The notes under the pieces were generated by a model, which saw only the letters and a program-made list of their open reading frames with translations, did no database searches and was not told the origin of the DNA. From positions 8,522 through 72,521 of the forward strand of contig VGVZ01000014.1 of the NCBI GenBank assembly GCA_016873805.1: 64,000 nucleotides of DNA, given 5' to 3'. The stretch comes from Ignavibacteria bacterium (GTDB lineage: Bacteria > Bacteroidota > Ignavibacteria > UBA10030). The translations under genes were made by a program, and so were the position numbers. Below are positions 31,571 through 43,231 of this stretch, one piece after another (the first letter of the stretch is position 1; every line of letters begins with the position of its first letter).

Positions 31571-32263
31571 ATGACATCAACCATTCTCATCATCGACGAT
31601 GAACCTGACATTCGAGAGCTGCTCAAGTACAATCTCGAACGCGAAGGGTACAACGTCCTCACCGCCAGAGACGGCCGGGAGGGAATGGAGAAGATCAACT
31701 CATCGGTCCGCCTTGTAATCCTCGACATCATGATGCCGAAAATGGACGGATGGGAAGTCTTCCGCCAGCTCCGGAAGAATCCCAAGACCCGCGATATTCC
31801 TGTTATCTTTCTCACCGCTCGCGATAGCGAAATCGACGAGGTCGTCGGTCTCGAGATTGGCGCCGATGATTTTCTCACCAAGCCCGTAAAAATCCGGACA
31901 TTGCTGGCCCGCGTCCGGAAAACCCTTCAACGCCGGATCGATCATGTATCCGCTCGAAGTATCGATACGGTAATTTCCCTTGGTGCGCTCGACGTGTTTC
32001 CGCAGAATTACACCATCGCCCTCGAGGCAAAGACCGTCTCTCTTCCAAAAAAAGAATTTGAAGTGCTGCTCTTTCTGGTCCGGCACGCCGATCATGTCGT
32101 CACCAGAGAGGAGCTTCTGAACAACGTGTGGGGGCGCGATATCGTTGTCGTCGATCGGACGGTGGACGTGCACGTGAGAAAGATCCGTGAAAAGCTCGGG
32201 CGACATGCATCGATGATCGAGACGGTCAAAGGAGTCGGCTATCGGCTCAGGGGATCGGCGTGA
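31571..32263 (+). CDS. OmpR-family response regulator (PhoB/PhoP-like)
   Basis: Receiver domain (IIDDEPDIRELL, D52-like, K) and winged-helix trans_reg_C. Sits upstream of the kinase and pst genes. Confidence 0.85.
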   Translation: MTSTILIIDDEPDIRELLKYNLEREGYNVLTARDGREGMEKINSSVRLVILDIMMPKMDGWEVFRQLRKNPKTRDIPVIFLTARDSEIDEVVGLEIGADDFLTKPVKIRTLLARVRKTLQRRIDHVSARSIDTVISLGALDVFPQNYTIALEAKTVSLPKKEFEVLLFLVRHADHVVTREELLNNVWGRDIVVVDRTVDVHVRKIREKLGRHASMIETVKGVGYRLRGSA

Positions 32264-33714
32264 TGCCTTCGATCCGGACAAGAATCAGTTTCACCTATCT
32301 CCTCATTGCGGCCATTGTGCTCGTGTTGCTGGGGACCCTTCTCAGCCTCGAATTTGAGCGTTCCCTGCGCGAGAGAATCGTTGCGGAACTCAAAACGACT
32401 TCTCTTGTGGTTCACTCATTTCTTCTCGAAACCGCTCCCAAACGGGCCTGGATGCAGGAAACGCGAAAGACCCTCGAGATTATCGCATCCACGACGTCAA
32501 TCCGGATCACACTCATCGATGGGGAGGGGACTGTCCTTTTCGAATCGGCCGTACCCGATTCCATGAAGCATCTCCTCGCCAATCATCTTCAGCGGCCGGA
32601 AGTCCAACGCGCCTTGAAAAGGGGAGAGGGAACAGATGTCAGGATGAGCGAGACTATTGGCCTTGAGATGATGTACCACGCCCATCGCGTCGACCCCGTG
32701 CAATTTGAGCAGTCGATCTTTCCTCGATTGCGGTTCATCCGGTCCGGGATTCCGCTGAGCGAGGTGAACAGTCACATCGCAACGATTCGTCTCAAGATCA
32801 CAATCGCCGCGTTTCTCGTTTTTCTGGTGACACTTGTCGCCAGTCGCATCGTTGCCCGAAGAGTGACCGATCCTATTGCAAAGATGTCCGCAGATGTCGC
32901 CAGGATCAAGGCAGGAGAGATCGACATTCGACTTCCCATCCAATCTGACGATGAGATCGCCAAGCTGGCGGAGCTCATCAACGAAATGACGACCAAGTTG
33001 CGCGACGATATTGCTCAGTTGCGCAAGCTCGAACGCTACCGGACCGAATTTCTCGGTAACGTCTCGCACGAACTTCGAACGCCGATCTTTTCCCTCAAAG
33101 GCTATCTGGAGACGCTGCTTGATGGAGCCATCGACGACTCCACCGTCCGCCGATCGTTCCTCGAGAAGGCCTACCATCACGCCTCGAGGCTTGATACCTT
33201 GCTCAACGACCTGATCGAAATTTCTCGGATCGAATCGGGACAGATGAAGTTCAGCTTCCGATTCTTCGAGGTGCAGCCCTTCTTGAAAGAAGTCATTGCC
33301 GATCATCAGCACGCCAGCCAGCGCAAGAGCCAGGACCTTCGGTGCGAGCTGCCGGACGAAGCTCCCCTTGTGTATGGCGACCGCGACCGCCTGCGGCAGG
33401 CGCTCGGCAACATCATCGACAATGCTATCAGATACAGCCCGGAGGGTGCCTCGATTGTCGTCAATGCGGGTCGATCTGATGACACCTTGGTGATCTCGGT
33501 GCACGACAGCGGTCCGGGCATCGATCCAATCCATCTTTCGCGAATCTTCGAACGTTTTTATCGGATCGACCAAGATCGTTCGCGTGAGGCAGGGGGGACA
33601 GGCCTCGGACTGGCCATCTCCAAACACATCGTCGAAGCTCATGGTCAGAAAATCGTTGTGGAGAGTACTCCCGGCTCCGGGTCGACTTTTTCCTTTCACC
33701 TTCGCACATCGTAA
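32260..33714 (+). CDS. Sensor histidine kinase (PhoR-like)
   Basis: TM/HAMP region, H-box SHELRTP, and N/G1/G2 boxes (DNAIRYS, DSGPGI, GGTGLGL). Confidence 0.85.
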   Translation: MMPSIRTRISFTYLLIAAIVLVLLGTLLSLEFERSLRERIVAELKTTSLVVHSFLLETAPKRAWMQETRKTLEIIASTTSIRITLIDGEGTVLFESAVPDSMKHLLANHLQRPEVQRALKRGEGTDVRMSETIGLEMMYHAHRVDPVQFEQSIFPRLRFIRSGIPLSEVNSHIATIRLKITIAAFLVFLVTLVASRIVARRVTDPIAKMSADVARIKAGEIDIRLPIQSDDEIAKLAELINEMTTKLRDDIAQLRKLERYRTEFLGNVSHELRTPIFSLKGYLETLLDGAIDDSTVRRSFLEKAYHHASRLDTLLNDLIEISRIESGQMKFSFRFFEVQPFLKEVIADHQHASQRKSQDLRCELPDEAPLVYGDRDRLRQALGNIIDNAIRYSPEGASIVVNAGRSDDTLVISVHDSGPGIDPIHLSRIFERFYRIDQDRSREAGGTGLGLAISKHIVEAHGQKIVVESTPGSGSTFSFHLRTS

Positions 33715-33895
33715 CTTAAAGTTCGTCCACGAAAATGGGCGTACTATGCCATCCTCGTTCCCCGAATCTCCAAAGCTGACGCAAACACTGTACCCTCTTA
33801 ACAATTTCTTAACACTCCATTTCTCCTGAGTTTAAGCAGAATTTCTATCTTGAGGGCGAATTCACATTTCTACCATTGTTGGAGAGTGGAAGAGC

Positions 33896-34972
33896 ATGAA
33901 TCGAACTCTCGTGTTGGGCCTTCTCTTGACCCTTCTCGGAATATCAACGGTGTTTGCACAGCAACCTATCTCCGCCTATGCCTACCTGGACTATCTGTAC
34001 AACGTCCAACGTGATCCGTCAATCGGAACACTCTCAAACGCGGCTCTGACCGGACAATCAGCTTTTCAAGCGTTCAGCTTCCGCCGGATATATTTTACCT
34101 ACGATAATTCAATCTCCAAAGATTTTTCGGGCCGATTCCGGCTTGAAACGGAGGAGTCTGCCCTTTCAAGCGACGGAAGAATATCGGTTTTTGTGAAGGA
34201 CGCGTACATCCGATGGAAAGGTATCTTCGATGGACACGATGCAATCCTGGGAATCCAGCCCACACCGGCGTATCAAGTCTCCGAGGATTGGTGGGGATAC
34301 CGCTCGCTGGAGAAAACGATCATGGACCTGCGCGGAATCGTGTCGTCCCGCGATTTCGGCTTTTCTCTGAGGGGCAGGTTCGCCGAGAAGGAGAGATTCG
34401 GCTATCATCTCCTCGTAGCCAACGGATCAGGAAACCGACCCGAGGGCGACAAGTACAAACGATACTATGCAAGCGTTCACTACAATCCGTCAGCAGATCT
34501 TCAGGTCACATTGTACGGCGACCTGCGGGTCCGGGCCCGGATCCGAAACCCCTACAGTTCGAATCCCACCGCCACAGTGGACAACAATACCCTCACATAT
34601 GCCGCCTTTGTGGGATATCGACCTGTAAAGGAACTGACGATCGGGATGGAAGGATTCCTCAGTAGAACGCAAAACGGATTCGACACGAGATCATTGCTGG
34701 ACGACCGGACGGCGGCCGGACTATCGATCTTCGGTTCTTTGATCATCAATCCGAAAGTGACCCTCGTTGGCCGTTACGACTACTTTGGCGCAAATACGTC
34801 GCAGGCAGGCTTAGGAGATACCCGTTCCTATGTGCTTGCAGCGATCGATTGGAAAGTCAATGAGCGCGTTTCCATCATGCCCAATATTCAGTTTGAGGCG
34901 TATGAGTCGGTCGAGGGAAGAGCATTTGATCCCTCGGTCACGTCACGAGTAACCTTCTATTTCGCCTTCTAG
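33896..34972 (+). CDS. Outer-membrane beta-barrel protein, putative phosphate-selective porin
   Basis: Signal peptide, alternating amphipathic strands, C-terminal ...TFYFAF (terminal Phe). Position between the Pho two-component pair and pstS. Confidence 0.5.
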   Translation: MNRTLVLGLLLTLLGISTVFAQQPISAYAYLDYLYNVQRDPSIGTLSNAALTGQSAFQAFSFRRIYFTYDNSISKDFSGRFRLETEESALSSDGRISVFVKDAYIRWKGIFDGHDAILGIQPTPAYQVSEDWWGYRSLEKTIMDLRGIVSSRDFGFSLRGRFAEKERFGYHLLVANGSGNRPEGDKYKRYYASVHYNPSADLQVTLYGDLRVRARIRNPYSSNPTATVDNNTLTYAAFVGYRPVKELTIGMEGFLSRTQNGFDTRSLLDDRTAAGLSIFGSLIINPKVTLVGRYDYFGANTSQAGLGDTRSYVLAAIDWKVNERVSIMPNIQFEAYESVEGRAFDPSVTSRVTFYFAF

Positions 34973-35019
34973 CCAAGCGTGGTTCTTTCAACCACCGACT
35001 GACAACGAAAGGAACAAAC

Positions 35020-36045
35020 ATGATCAATCGATTCTTCGCGATTCTACTCCTGCTCACAGCTGCCGGGGCGTCGTTGACTGCCCAACTCCGATTGAACGGT
35101 GCGGGAGCGACATTTCCCTACGTCATCTATTCGAAGTGGTTTGATGTCTACTATCACAAAACGGGAGTCCAGATCAATTATCAATCGATCGGGAGTGGTG
35201 GAGGAATCAAACAGGTGATCGAGGGAACAGTCGATTTTGGCGCCACCGACGGACCAATGTCGGATGAACAGCTGGCTGATGCCCGGACCAAACGAAAGAC
35301 CGACATCTTGCACATCCCGACGGTCCTCGGAGCTGTGGCGGTTGCCTACAACCTTCCCGTGGAGGCAAAGCATATTCAACTGACGCCGACAACGCTGGCA
35401 GACATTTTTCTTGGGAAGATAACGAAGTGGAACGATTGGCGCATCGCTGAGCACAATCCGGGCGTATCGCTCCCGAATAGGCCCATCATCGTCGCCCATC
35501 GCTCCGACGGAAGCGGCACCACATTTATCTTCACCGAATACCTTGCGAAAGTCAGCAGCGCGTGGAAGAAGAATGTTGGACGCGGAACCTCCGTGAACTG
35601 GCCGATCGGCCTCGGAGGCAAGGGAAATGAGGGAGTCGCCGGTCTTCTGAAGCAAACGGTCGGAAGTATCGGATATGTGGAACTCGCGTATGCCGTGAAG
35701 AACAATATTCCATACGCTGCCATTCAAAACAAAGCCGGCGTCTTTGTCGCACCGACGATTTCATCGATCACGGCTGCCGCCGCCGGTGCATCCCGCAATT
35801 TGCCCGAGGATCTTCGCGTGTCTATCACAAATCCCGACGGCAAGGAATCGTATCCGATCTCCGGCTTCACGTGGATTCTGGTATACAAGAATCCGCAAGA
35901 TGCCAAGTCGGGTGCTGCAATCACGCAATTTCTCAAATGGGCTCTCTCGGAAGGTCAGTCGTACGCGGCGGACCTTCTGTATGCCCCGTTGCCAAAAGAG
36001 GTGGTGGCGAAATGCCTCCAACAGGTCGACAGCATTGGAAAGTGA
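35020..36045 (+). CDS. pstS: Phosphate ABC transporter substrate-binding protein
   Basis: Signal peptide, GAGATFP...SIGSGGG PstS motifs. Confidence 0.85.
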   Translation: MINRFFAILLLLTAAGASLTAQLRLNGAGATFPYVIYSKWFDVYYHKTGVQINYQSIGSGGGIKQVIEGTVDFGATDGPMSDEQLADARTKRKTDILHIPTVLGAVAVAYNLPVEAKHIQLTPTTLADIFLGKITKWNDWRIAEHNPGVSLPNRPIIVAHRSDGSGTTFIFTEYLAKVSSAWKKNVGRGTSVNWPIGLGGKGNEGVAGLLKQTVGSIGYVELAYAVKNNIPYAAIQNKAGVFVAPTISSITAAAAGASRNLPEDLRVSITNPDGKESYPISGFTWILVYKNPQDAKSGAAITQFLKWALSEGQSYAADLLYAPLPKEVVAKCLQQVDSIGK

Positions 36046-36081
36046 CTGATCACGTCGAATTCGAAAAGAGAGGAGCGAGCA

Positions 36082-37092
36082 GTGAACATGATAGCTTCCT
36101 TGGATGAGCGTATACGCACCTTGCTGCGGCGCGTTCCAGCGCCCGGTATGGGCGTCGAAAACTCCTCTCGGCATACCAATCTTGGCGATCGCGCCTTTCG
36201 GGGTGCAACGTTCCTTTTCACCTTCATGATTGTCGTTCTGTCGGGCATCATGGTCTATCAGATGATTGACGGCTCTACGCTTTCACTGCGTGAATTCGGT
36301 CTCGGATTTGTGACATCTCAAATCTGGGATCCGGTACAGGAAAAGTTTGGTGCGCTCCCGTTTGTATACGGCACGGTCGTGTCCTCACTGGTTGCACTGA
36401 TCCTCGCAATTCCTCTGAGCCTCGGCGTTGCCGTCTTTCTCGCCGAACTCGCTCCACGCTGGCTGGAACGCATTCTTTCGTTCATGGTGGAGCTCCTCGC
36501 GGCAATCCCCAGCATCGTGTACGGGTTGTGGGGAATGTTTGTTATGGTCCCCTGGATTCGTGAGACAATCGAACCGCCCCTCTCCGAGCATCTCGGATTC
36601 CTCCCCATCTTCGAGGGAGCTCCGTACGGATTCGGCATGCTGGCCGCGGGATTGATCCTCACGGTTATGATCGTTCCGATCATTGCTTCAATTTCCCGCG
36701 ATGCCTTGAAGTCGGTCCCGCGCGCTCAACGGGAAGCCGCGTACGCCCTCGGTGCAACGCGGTGGGAGACAATTACCCTTGTCGTGAAGTATGCGCGCTC
36801 AGGAATCTTCGGTGCCACGCTCCTCGGTCTCGGGAGAGCACTTGGAGAGACGATGGCGGTCACCATGGTCATCGGCAACCGCCCGATCATCTCCGCCTCC
36901 CTCTTCGACCCGGGCTACACGATGGCAAGCGTCCTCGCCAATGAATTTACCGAAGCAACAACGGAACTGTATTTGCATGCCCTCATCGAGATCGCCCTTT
37001 TGCTTTTCACCATCACGATCATTGTCAACATGCTGGCCCGTCTCCTAATGTGGACCATGTCCAGAACGATTTCACAGGGAGGAAGAGCATGA
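36082..37092 (+). CDS. pstC: Phosphate ABC transporter permease
   Basis: PstC-like TM protein with the EAA-type permease motif. Confidence 0.9.
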   Translation: MNMIASLDERIRTLLRRVPAPGMGVENSSRHTNLGDRAFRGATFLFTFMIVVLSGIMVYQMIDGSTLSLREFGLGFVTSQIWDPVQEKFGALPFVYGTVVSSLVALILAIPLSLGVAVFLAELAPRWLERILSFMVELLAAIPSIVYGLWGMFVMVPWIRETIEPPLSEHLGFLPIFEGAPYGFGMLAAGLILTVMIVPIIASISRDALKSVPRAQREAAYALGATRWETITLVVKYARSGIFGATLLGLGRALGETMAVTMVIGNRPIISASLFDPGYTMASVLANEFTEATTELYLHALIEIALLLFTITIIVNMLARLLMWTMSRTISQGGRA

Positions 37093-37943
37093 GCCGCTGG
37101 TACTACTACAAGCGAAAGGCGGTAAACGGCCTGGTGCTCTCGCTTTCCGGTGTTGCGGCAGCCGTGGTCCTCGTTCCGCTCCTGCTGATCTTCTTCCACA
37201 CGATCAGCCATGGGATTGCCATCATCAGCGTCGATTTCCTGACTCAGATGCCCAAGCCGGTGGGGGAATCAGGGGGCGGAATGGCCAATGCCATTGTGGG
37301 AACCCTCATTCTCATCGGCCTCGGAAGTGTCGTCGGAGTGCCGATTGGGGTACTTGCCGGTGTGTACCTTGCCGAGTTTGGAGAGAATCGGTTTGCTCAT
37401 GTCGTCCGGTTTCTTACCGACGTCCTCAGCGGCGTGCCTTCGATCGTCGTCGGCGTGGTAGCGTACACGATCGTCGTTTTGCCGATGAAGCAATTCTCCG
37501 CTCTCGCCGGGGGATTCGCCTTGGGAATTCTCATGATTCCAACGATCACCCGCACGACAGAGGAGATGATGAGACTTGTGCCGCACTCGTTTCGCGAGGC
37601 AGGTCTCGCGCTTGGAATTCCCCAATGGAAAACGACATTGCGAATCGTGCTTCGCACGGCTCTCAAAGGCATCGCCACGGGCATCGTGCTGAGTATCGCG
37701 CGAATCGCCGGCGAGACTGCGCCGCTTCTCTTCACTGCCCTTGGCAATCGATTCTGGTCTACCGACATTCTCCATCCCATCGCTTCGCTGACGGTCTTCA
37801 TTTACGACTACGCTCGTGCGCCGTTCGAGGAGTGGAACAATCAGGCCTGGGCGGCGGCCCTTGTTCTCATTTCAATCATCACGATCCTAAGCCTGCTCTT
37901 CCGGTTCTTTAGCAGATCTCGATACGAAGGACAGCATTCATGA
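37089..37943 (+). CDS. pstA: Phosphate ABC transporter permease
   Basis: PstA-like; ATGA overlap with the pstC stop. Confidence 0.9.
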   Translation: MSRWYYYKRKAVNGLVLSLSGVAAAVVLVPLLLIFFHTISHGIAIISVDFLTQMPKPVGESGGGMANAIVGTLILIGLGSVVGVPIGVLAGVYLAEFGENRFAHVVRFLTDVLSGVPSIVVGVVAYTIVVLPMKQFSALAGGFALGILMIPTITRTTEEMMRLVPHSFREAGLALGIPQWKTTLRIVLRTALKGIATGIVLSIARIAGETAPLLFTALGNRFWSTDILHPIASLTVFIYDYARAPFEEWNNQAWAAALVLISIITILSLLFRFFSRSRYEGQHS

Positions 37944-38758
37944 TTCATACCCTTGCGCAACCACAACTCTCTGTCGTGAACGAATCGGCCAATGTACAGC
38001 CTCAGCAGAACGCCGCGAAAATGCAGGTTCTGCATCTCAGCGCGTACTTCGGGAAGACCCAGGCGCTCAAAGATGTCAGCCTGGACATTATGGAGCGTGA
38101 AGTCCTCGCCATCATCGGTCCCTCGGGATGCGGAAAGTCCACCTTCCTTCGTTCATTGAATCGCATGCACGAGGTGGCAGGGGGGAGGATCAGCGGACGC
38201 GTGCTCCTTGATGGTGAGGATATTTATCAGCGCGATCCCGTCATGGTCCGGCGGCGCGTCGGAATGGTCTTTCAGAAACCCAATCCCTTTCCCACAATGT
38301 CGATTTTTGACAACGTCGCCGCTGGCTTGCGCCTGGGCGGCATGAGCAACAGGTCGGCGCTCACGGATGTCGTCGAGGAGAGCCTAAAGCGCGCCGCGCT
38401 TTGGGAGGAAGTGAAAAACTCTCTCGATAAATCGGGGGCAAGTCTCTCGGGGGGCCAGCAACAGCGGCTTTGTATCGCCCGCGCGTTAGCCATCCGACCG
38501 GAGGTGCTCCTGATGGACGAACCGGCAAGCGCACTCGATCCGATCTCCACTGCAAAGATCGAGGAATTGATTTTTGAGTTGAAACGGAATTTCACAATCG
38601 TTATTGTCACGCATAATATGCAGCAGGCGGCCCGCGTCAGCGATCGCACAGCGTTCTTCTACCTGGGTGAACTCATCGAAATCGGCTCCACGGAAACGCT
38701 TTTCACTAAACCTCATGAAAAACGGACTGAAGACTATATCACCGGACGGTTCGGGTAA
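37940..38758 (+). CDS. pstB: Phosphate ABC transporter ATP-binding protein
   Basis: Walker [10 protein letters not shown], signature LSGGQQQR, Walker B LLMDEP. Confidence 0.9.
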   Translation: MIHTLAQPQLSVVNESANVQPQQNAAKMQVLHLSAYFGKTQALKDVSLDIMEREVLAIIGPSGCGKSTFLRSLNRMHEVAGGRISGRVLLDGEDIYQRDPVMVRRRVGMVFQKPNPFPTMSIFDNVAAGLRLGGMSNRSALTDVVEESLKRAALWEEVKNSLDKSGASLSGGQQQRLCIARALAIRPEVLLMDEPASALDPISTAKIEELIFELKRNFTIVIVTHNMQQAARVSDRTAFFYLGELIEIGSTETLFTKPHEKRTEDYITGRFG

Positions 38759-38784
38759 TCTCACCGACTGCCTGAAAGGAAGAC

Positions 38785-39462
38785 ATGCCCAGACATTTTG
38801 AAATTGAACTCGACGCTCTTCGAACCAACATCATCAAAATGGGAAGTATTGTTGATGAGCAGATCGAGTGGGCGATCGACGCCATTTTGCACGGAAATCT
38901 CGAACGCATTCCGTTGATTACGGAGCGTGATTCAAAGGTGGACCATTACGATAACCTCATCGACGCGCAATGTGCACGGATCTTTGCCCTGACCCAGCCA
39001 GTGGCGGTGGACCTCCGACTGATCATGGCGGCCCTGAAGATCAACCACGAGCTGGAGCGCATCGGCGACATCGCCGTAAACCTTGCTGAACGGGCGACAC
39101 CCCTTCGGGGACATGCCGACTTGCTCGGGAGAATCCAGATTAAGGCGATGGCCGAGCGAGCCCGCCGCATGACTCGACTCTCGATCGATTCTTTTGTCAA
39201 CAATGATCCCGACGCGGCCAGGGCGGTTGTACGAGAAGATGACGTCGTAGATGAAATGAACCGACTAGTTTTTCATGAGCTTGTCAACGAAATGAAGGCT
39301 AATCGCGATCTCATCGAACCTGCGACGCATATTATTATCATGTCACGGCATCTCGAGCGGCTCGCTGATCACGCTACGAATATCGCCGAAGACGTTATCT
39401 TCCTCGTGGACGCGCAGATCGTTAAGCATCCGAAACTCCAACCGGCGTCTGGCGACGCATAG
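38785..39462 (+). CDS. phoU: Phosphate signalling complex protein PhoU
   Basis: Two PhoU repeats (E...D motifs); ~225 aa. Confidence 0.9.
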   Translation: MPRHFEIELDALRTNIIKMGSIVDEQIEWAIDAILHGNLERIPLITERDSKVDHYDNLIDAQCARIFALTQPVAVDLRLIMAALKINHELERIGDIAVNLAERATPLRGHADLLGRIQIKAMAERARRMTRLSIDSFVNNDPDAARAVVREDDVVDEMNRLVFHELVNEMKANRDLIEPATHIIIMSRHLERLADHATNIAEDVIFLVDAQIVKHPKLQPASGDA

Positions 39463-39524
39463 GGCCATTTATTTCCGTCCGAAAAAAGAGTATCTTGAGA
39501 CCCACACATCTCAGGTACCGGAAC

Positions 39525-40364
39525 ATGAAGATACCATTTGTCAAGATGAGCGGTGCGGGGAATGATTTCGTCGTCATCGACAACCGCGAACGCGTTGTGA
39601 CAAACGGACCGGAATTCGCAAAAGCAGCATGCGACCGCCGATGGGGGATTGGAGCCGATGGCCTTCTTCTCCTCGAAGCATGCAAAAAAGCCGCCTACCG
39701 GATGATGTATTACAACGCCGACGGGAGCTATGGTGGTATGTGCGGGAATGGCGGCCGATGTATTGCCGCTTTTGCTCTCTTGGCCGGAATAGCGCCCGCC
39801 CACCACACCTTTGAAGCCCTCGATCATCTCTACACCGCACATGTCGACGGAGAGACAGTATCACTCTCCATGCGAAATCCGAGCGGCGTTATGCTTGGGA
39901 CCGTGCTCCCGATCAAGGCTCTTGGAGCCACAATTGCGGCGAACTTCGTCAATACTGGCTCCCCTCATGTTGTCATCCCCACCGATGTCCTGGGCCGGGG
40001 CCAGACGCTCGACTCGTTGGATGTGATGACCATCGGCCGTGAGGTACGCGGTAACGAACGATTTGCACCCGATGGAACAAATGTGAATTTTATTGAACTG
40101 GGAGATCTTAATACAATATATATAAGAACTTATGAACGTGGCGTTGAGGCGGAGACTCTTTCTTGTGGAACGGGATCGGTTGCCGCCGCGATCATTGCTT
40201 ACATGCTCTGGAAGATCGGTCCACCGACTCGAATCCGGGTACGGAGCGGCGCGGTGCTTCAAGTCCGTTTTGAGCGTGACGGCCAAGGATTCAAGAACGT
40301 CGTGCTAGTAGGTCCAGCAGTTCGAACGTTCATCGGTCAGTTTGATGCGAAGTCGACAGATTGA
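39525..40364 (+). CDS. dapF: Diaminopimelate epimerase
   Basis: MSGAGNDFVVID N-terminal motif and catalytic Cys regions (MCGNGGRC, SCGTGS). Confidence 0.85.
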   Translation: MKIPFVKMSGAGNDFVVIDNRERVVTNGPEFAKAACDRRWGIGADGLLLLEACKKAAYRMMYYNADGSYGGMCGNGGRCIAAFALLAGIAPAHHTFEALDHLYTAHVDGETVSLSMRNPSGVMLGTVLPIKALGATIAANFVNTGSPHVVIPTDVLGRGQTLDSLDVMTIGREVRGNERFAPDGTNVNFIELGDLNTIYIRTYERGVEAETLSCGTGSVAAAIIAYMLWKIGPPTRIRVRSGAVLQVRFERDGQGFKNVVLVGPAVRTFIGQFDAKSTD

Positions 40365-40899
40365 GATGTTCCTGTACGTAGCTTGCTGACAACGATTGCC
40401 GCATAGATGATTTGCAGGATGTGTAACGCGGATTGAAACGACACAGATTCTAGTGGATCAAGGTGAACTCAGAGGAAGAACCGGATTCAAATTCCAAATA
40501 GCCACGGATGACGAAAGATAGACTTCCTCGAGAGTAAATCAAAGATACAAGCGGTTAACTGATAGAAACTCAACCCAATAGCTCAACATGCTTGATAGAA
40601 TACGAAGGGTACACGAGAGACTTGTCAATATCCGGGAGAGGCACTCTAGTTTGTCACGCGCAATCGTAGGAGGCGGGCACGCATACTGCAAGCACGTCGC
40701 ACGGTAAGCCGGTGCATCGGTAGAAATCGCGAGTCTGGAATCGGCTGCTAGCTGGAGATTATCTAGGCAGGTGATCGAGGAAGAATAAGCAAGAACGAAT
40801 GAGTTGACGAAGCGGCAGCGCGGGTCAAGAAGACATACAAAGATAATCAGTATTATGTAAACTTAAACACATAGCAATTCACGCGCCATCAACTATCTG

Positions 40900-43164
40900 T
40901 CATGCCTCCCTTCCTTCAATCCCAAACAACCCCATCACCGCGCCCTCATACTGCTCCTGCATTGCTGCAACACTGACATCGATCCAATCTTCAATAACAA
41001 GTCGACCCGAGCTTGTGACCGAACCGATGCTCTGGGAGTCCACACCCGCGTTGCCGCATCGTCGCATTACTTCGTCAACATCCGTTGCTTGCACAGTGAT
41101 GATGACGCGCGATTGATCCTCGCCGAAGAGGCAATAGTCCTTACGCAGACTCCACATGCTCAGTCCCGTTACCACCGCGCCTACACCCTTGTGGGCTCCC
41201 ATACAGCATTCAGCTAGCGCGACAGCCAGACCACCTTCAGAGATGTCATGCGCACTCTGAACCAGCCGAGATCTGATTAGCGCTAGCAGCGTCTGCTGCA
41301 GCGCTTGCTCCGCCGCCAGATCCATCTCTGGCGCGTCGCCGCGGTAGGATCCCAGCTGTCGGTGGAGATATTGGGATCCGCCCAGATGTCCCGCCGTCTT
41401 ACCGAGGAGGATGATCGCATCGCCTCGTTTGTCGAACGCGGATCGCGTGACATGGGCCAAGTCATCGATGATCCCTAACATCCCGATTACCGGCGTTGGA
41501 AATACAGCTCCCTCGGGACTCTCATTGTAGAAGCTTACGTTGCCGCCCGTCACTGGCGTTTCCAGTACGCGGCAAGCCGCCCCAATCCCCGCCACCGCCT
41601 CCTTGAATTGCCAAAAAACTTCCGGATCGTAAGGGTTTCCAAAGTTCAGGCAGTTTGTGATCGCTATTGGCTTACCGCCGCTACAAACAACATTTCGAGC
41701 CGCCTCCGCTACAGCAATTTCTCCCCCCCTACGCGGATTCAAATAGACATATGCGGCGTTGCAGTCCGTTTTCAATGCCAACGCCTTCGTCGTTCCCTCG
41801 ATACGCACCACCGCCGCGTCTGATTCTCCTGGTCCAAGTAGTGCACTCGTCTGCACCATCGAGTCATACTGCTCATATACGGGACGCTTGCTCCCTATCG
41901 TCGGTGAGCCCAGGAGCTCGAGCAGCACCTTGCTGCAATCTGCAGGTTCCATAACATCAGATGCCGCGAAGTCTCTTACTTCCGCAATATATCCCGGCAA
42001 CCGTGCCTCCCGGTGATACACTGGAGCCCCTCCACCGAGCACCAGAGTCTCAGCTGGAACTCTCGCCTTCAACCGCTCCCTTTGGAAGACTTCTACATCG
42101 GATCCCGCCGATACTTCACCTATCATCGAAACAGCTAAATCCCATTTCCTGAAGATTTTGTTGATCGCTTCTTCGTGTCCCTTCCGGGCAACAAGTAGCA
42201 TTCGCTCCTGAGACTCGGAGAGCATGATTTCGTAGCTGCTCATCTTCTGGTCACGAAGCGGGACGTTGTCGAGATTGAGACGCATGCCCACTCTTCCCTT
42301 GGCGCTCATCTCGGTGCTCGAACAAGTCAAGCCGGCTGCTCCCATGTCCTGAATACCAACGACATGCCCACTCTGAATGGCCTCCAGTGTCGCTTCAAGC
42401 AGCGCCTTCTCCGTGAAGGGATCTCCAACTTGAACTGCGGGACGCCTCGCTTCCGATTCGCCGGACAATTCAACAGAAGCGAATGTCGCACCATGGATTC
42501 CGTCTTTACCGGTCGCGGAACCGACTATCATCACAGCAGAACCCGGTTCTCCCGCCACCGCGCGTGCAATATGATCGGTCTTTACGATTCCCACAGCCAT
42601 CGCATTGACAAGCGGATTTCCATTATAGCAATCGTCGAAGTAGACCTCTCCAGCGACTGTCGGGACACCAAAACTGTTTCCGTAATCCCCTATCCCCTTC
42701 ACGACGTTTTTCAACAGGTATCGCACGCGCGCATTTTTCGGATTGCCGAAGCGAAGGGAATTTAGCGCTGCGATAGGACGTGCTCCCATCGTGAAGATGT
42801 CACGCAGAATTCCCCCCACACCCGTCGCGGCCCCTTGATACGGCTCAATCGCTGACGGATGGTTGTGGCTTTCAATCTTGAAGGCAACGGCCAAACCGTT
42901 TCCGATGTCGACCAGACCTGCGTTTTCCTCTCCCGCCCCCGCCAGCAGTCCCTTACCCTCCCGAGGCAGGGTTTTCAGGACTGCTATCGAATTCTTGTAG
43001 CTGCAATGCTCGCTCCACATGACGCTGTAGATTCCGAGCTCAGTGTAGGTCGGGGTCCGACCAAGAATGCGGAGAATCGCGTCATATTCATCCTCGGTCA
43101 AACCCAATTCACGGGCAACGCGAAGATCAACAACTGGTTCCGTCAATTCTTGACTTCCGATCAT
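40900..43164 (-). CDS. purL: Phosphoribosylformylglycinamidine synthase subunit PurL
   Basis: 754 aa; PurL N-terminus and duplicated AIR-synthase-related domains. Confidence 0.9.
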   Translation of the reverse strand: MIGSQELTEPVVDLRVARELGLTEDEYDAILRILGRTPTYTELGIYSVMWSEHCSYKNSIAVLKTLPREGKGLLAGAGEENAGLVDIGNGLAVAFKIESHNHPSAIEPYQGAATGVGGILRDIFTMGARPIAALNSLRFGNPKNARVRYLLKNVVKGIGDYGNSFGVPTVAGEVYFDDCYNGNPLVNAMAVGIVKTDHIARAVAGEPGSAVMIVGSATGKDGIHGATFASVELSGESEARRPAVQVGDPFTEKALLEATLEAIQSGHVVGIQDMGAAGLTCSSTEMSAKGRVGMRLNLDNVPLRDQKMSSYEIMLSESQERMLLVARKGHEEAINKIFRKWDLAVSMIGEVSAGSDVEVFQRERLKARVPAETLVLGGGAPVYHREARLPGYIAEVRDFAASDVMEPADCSKVLLELLGSPTIGSKRPVYEQYDSMVQTSALLGPGESDAAVVRIEGTTKALALKTDCNAAYVYLNPRRGGEIAVAEAARNVVCSGGKPIAITNCLNFGNPYDPEVFWQFKEAVAGIGAACRVLETPVTGGNVSFYNESPEGAVFPTPVIGMLGIIDDLAHVTRSAFDKRGDAIILLGKTAGHLGGSQYLHRQLGSYRGDAPEMDLAAEQALQQTLLALIRSRLVQSAHDISEGGLAVALAECCMGAHKGVGAVVTGLSMWSLRKDYCLFGEDQSRVIITVQATDVDEVMRRCGNAGVDSQSIGSVTSSGRLVIEDWIDVSVAAMQEQYEGAVMGLFGIEGREA

Positions 43165-43231
43165 AGGGGATAATTTCCATAACTACAGTGCGTTATCATC
43201 TTTCAGATCAATTTGTTTCGACAATAGATTT

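Noticed and set aside
32497-33804. 435-aa minus-strand ORF
   Set aside because: It is antisense to the PhoR-like histidine kinase, which has clear H/N/G boxes. It has no domains of its own.
40365-40900. RNase P RNA or SRP RNA in the long dapF/purL gap
   Set aside because: I could not find the conserved GGAAAGUCCGG / ACAGAACCCGGCUUA motifs of RNase P RNA or the SRP domain IV motif by eye. It is left as an unexplained noncoding region.
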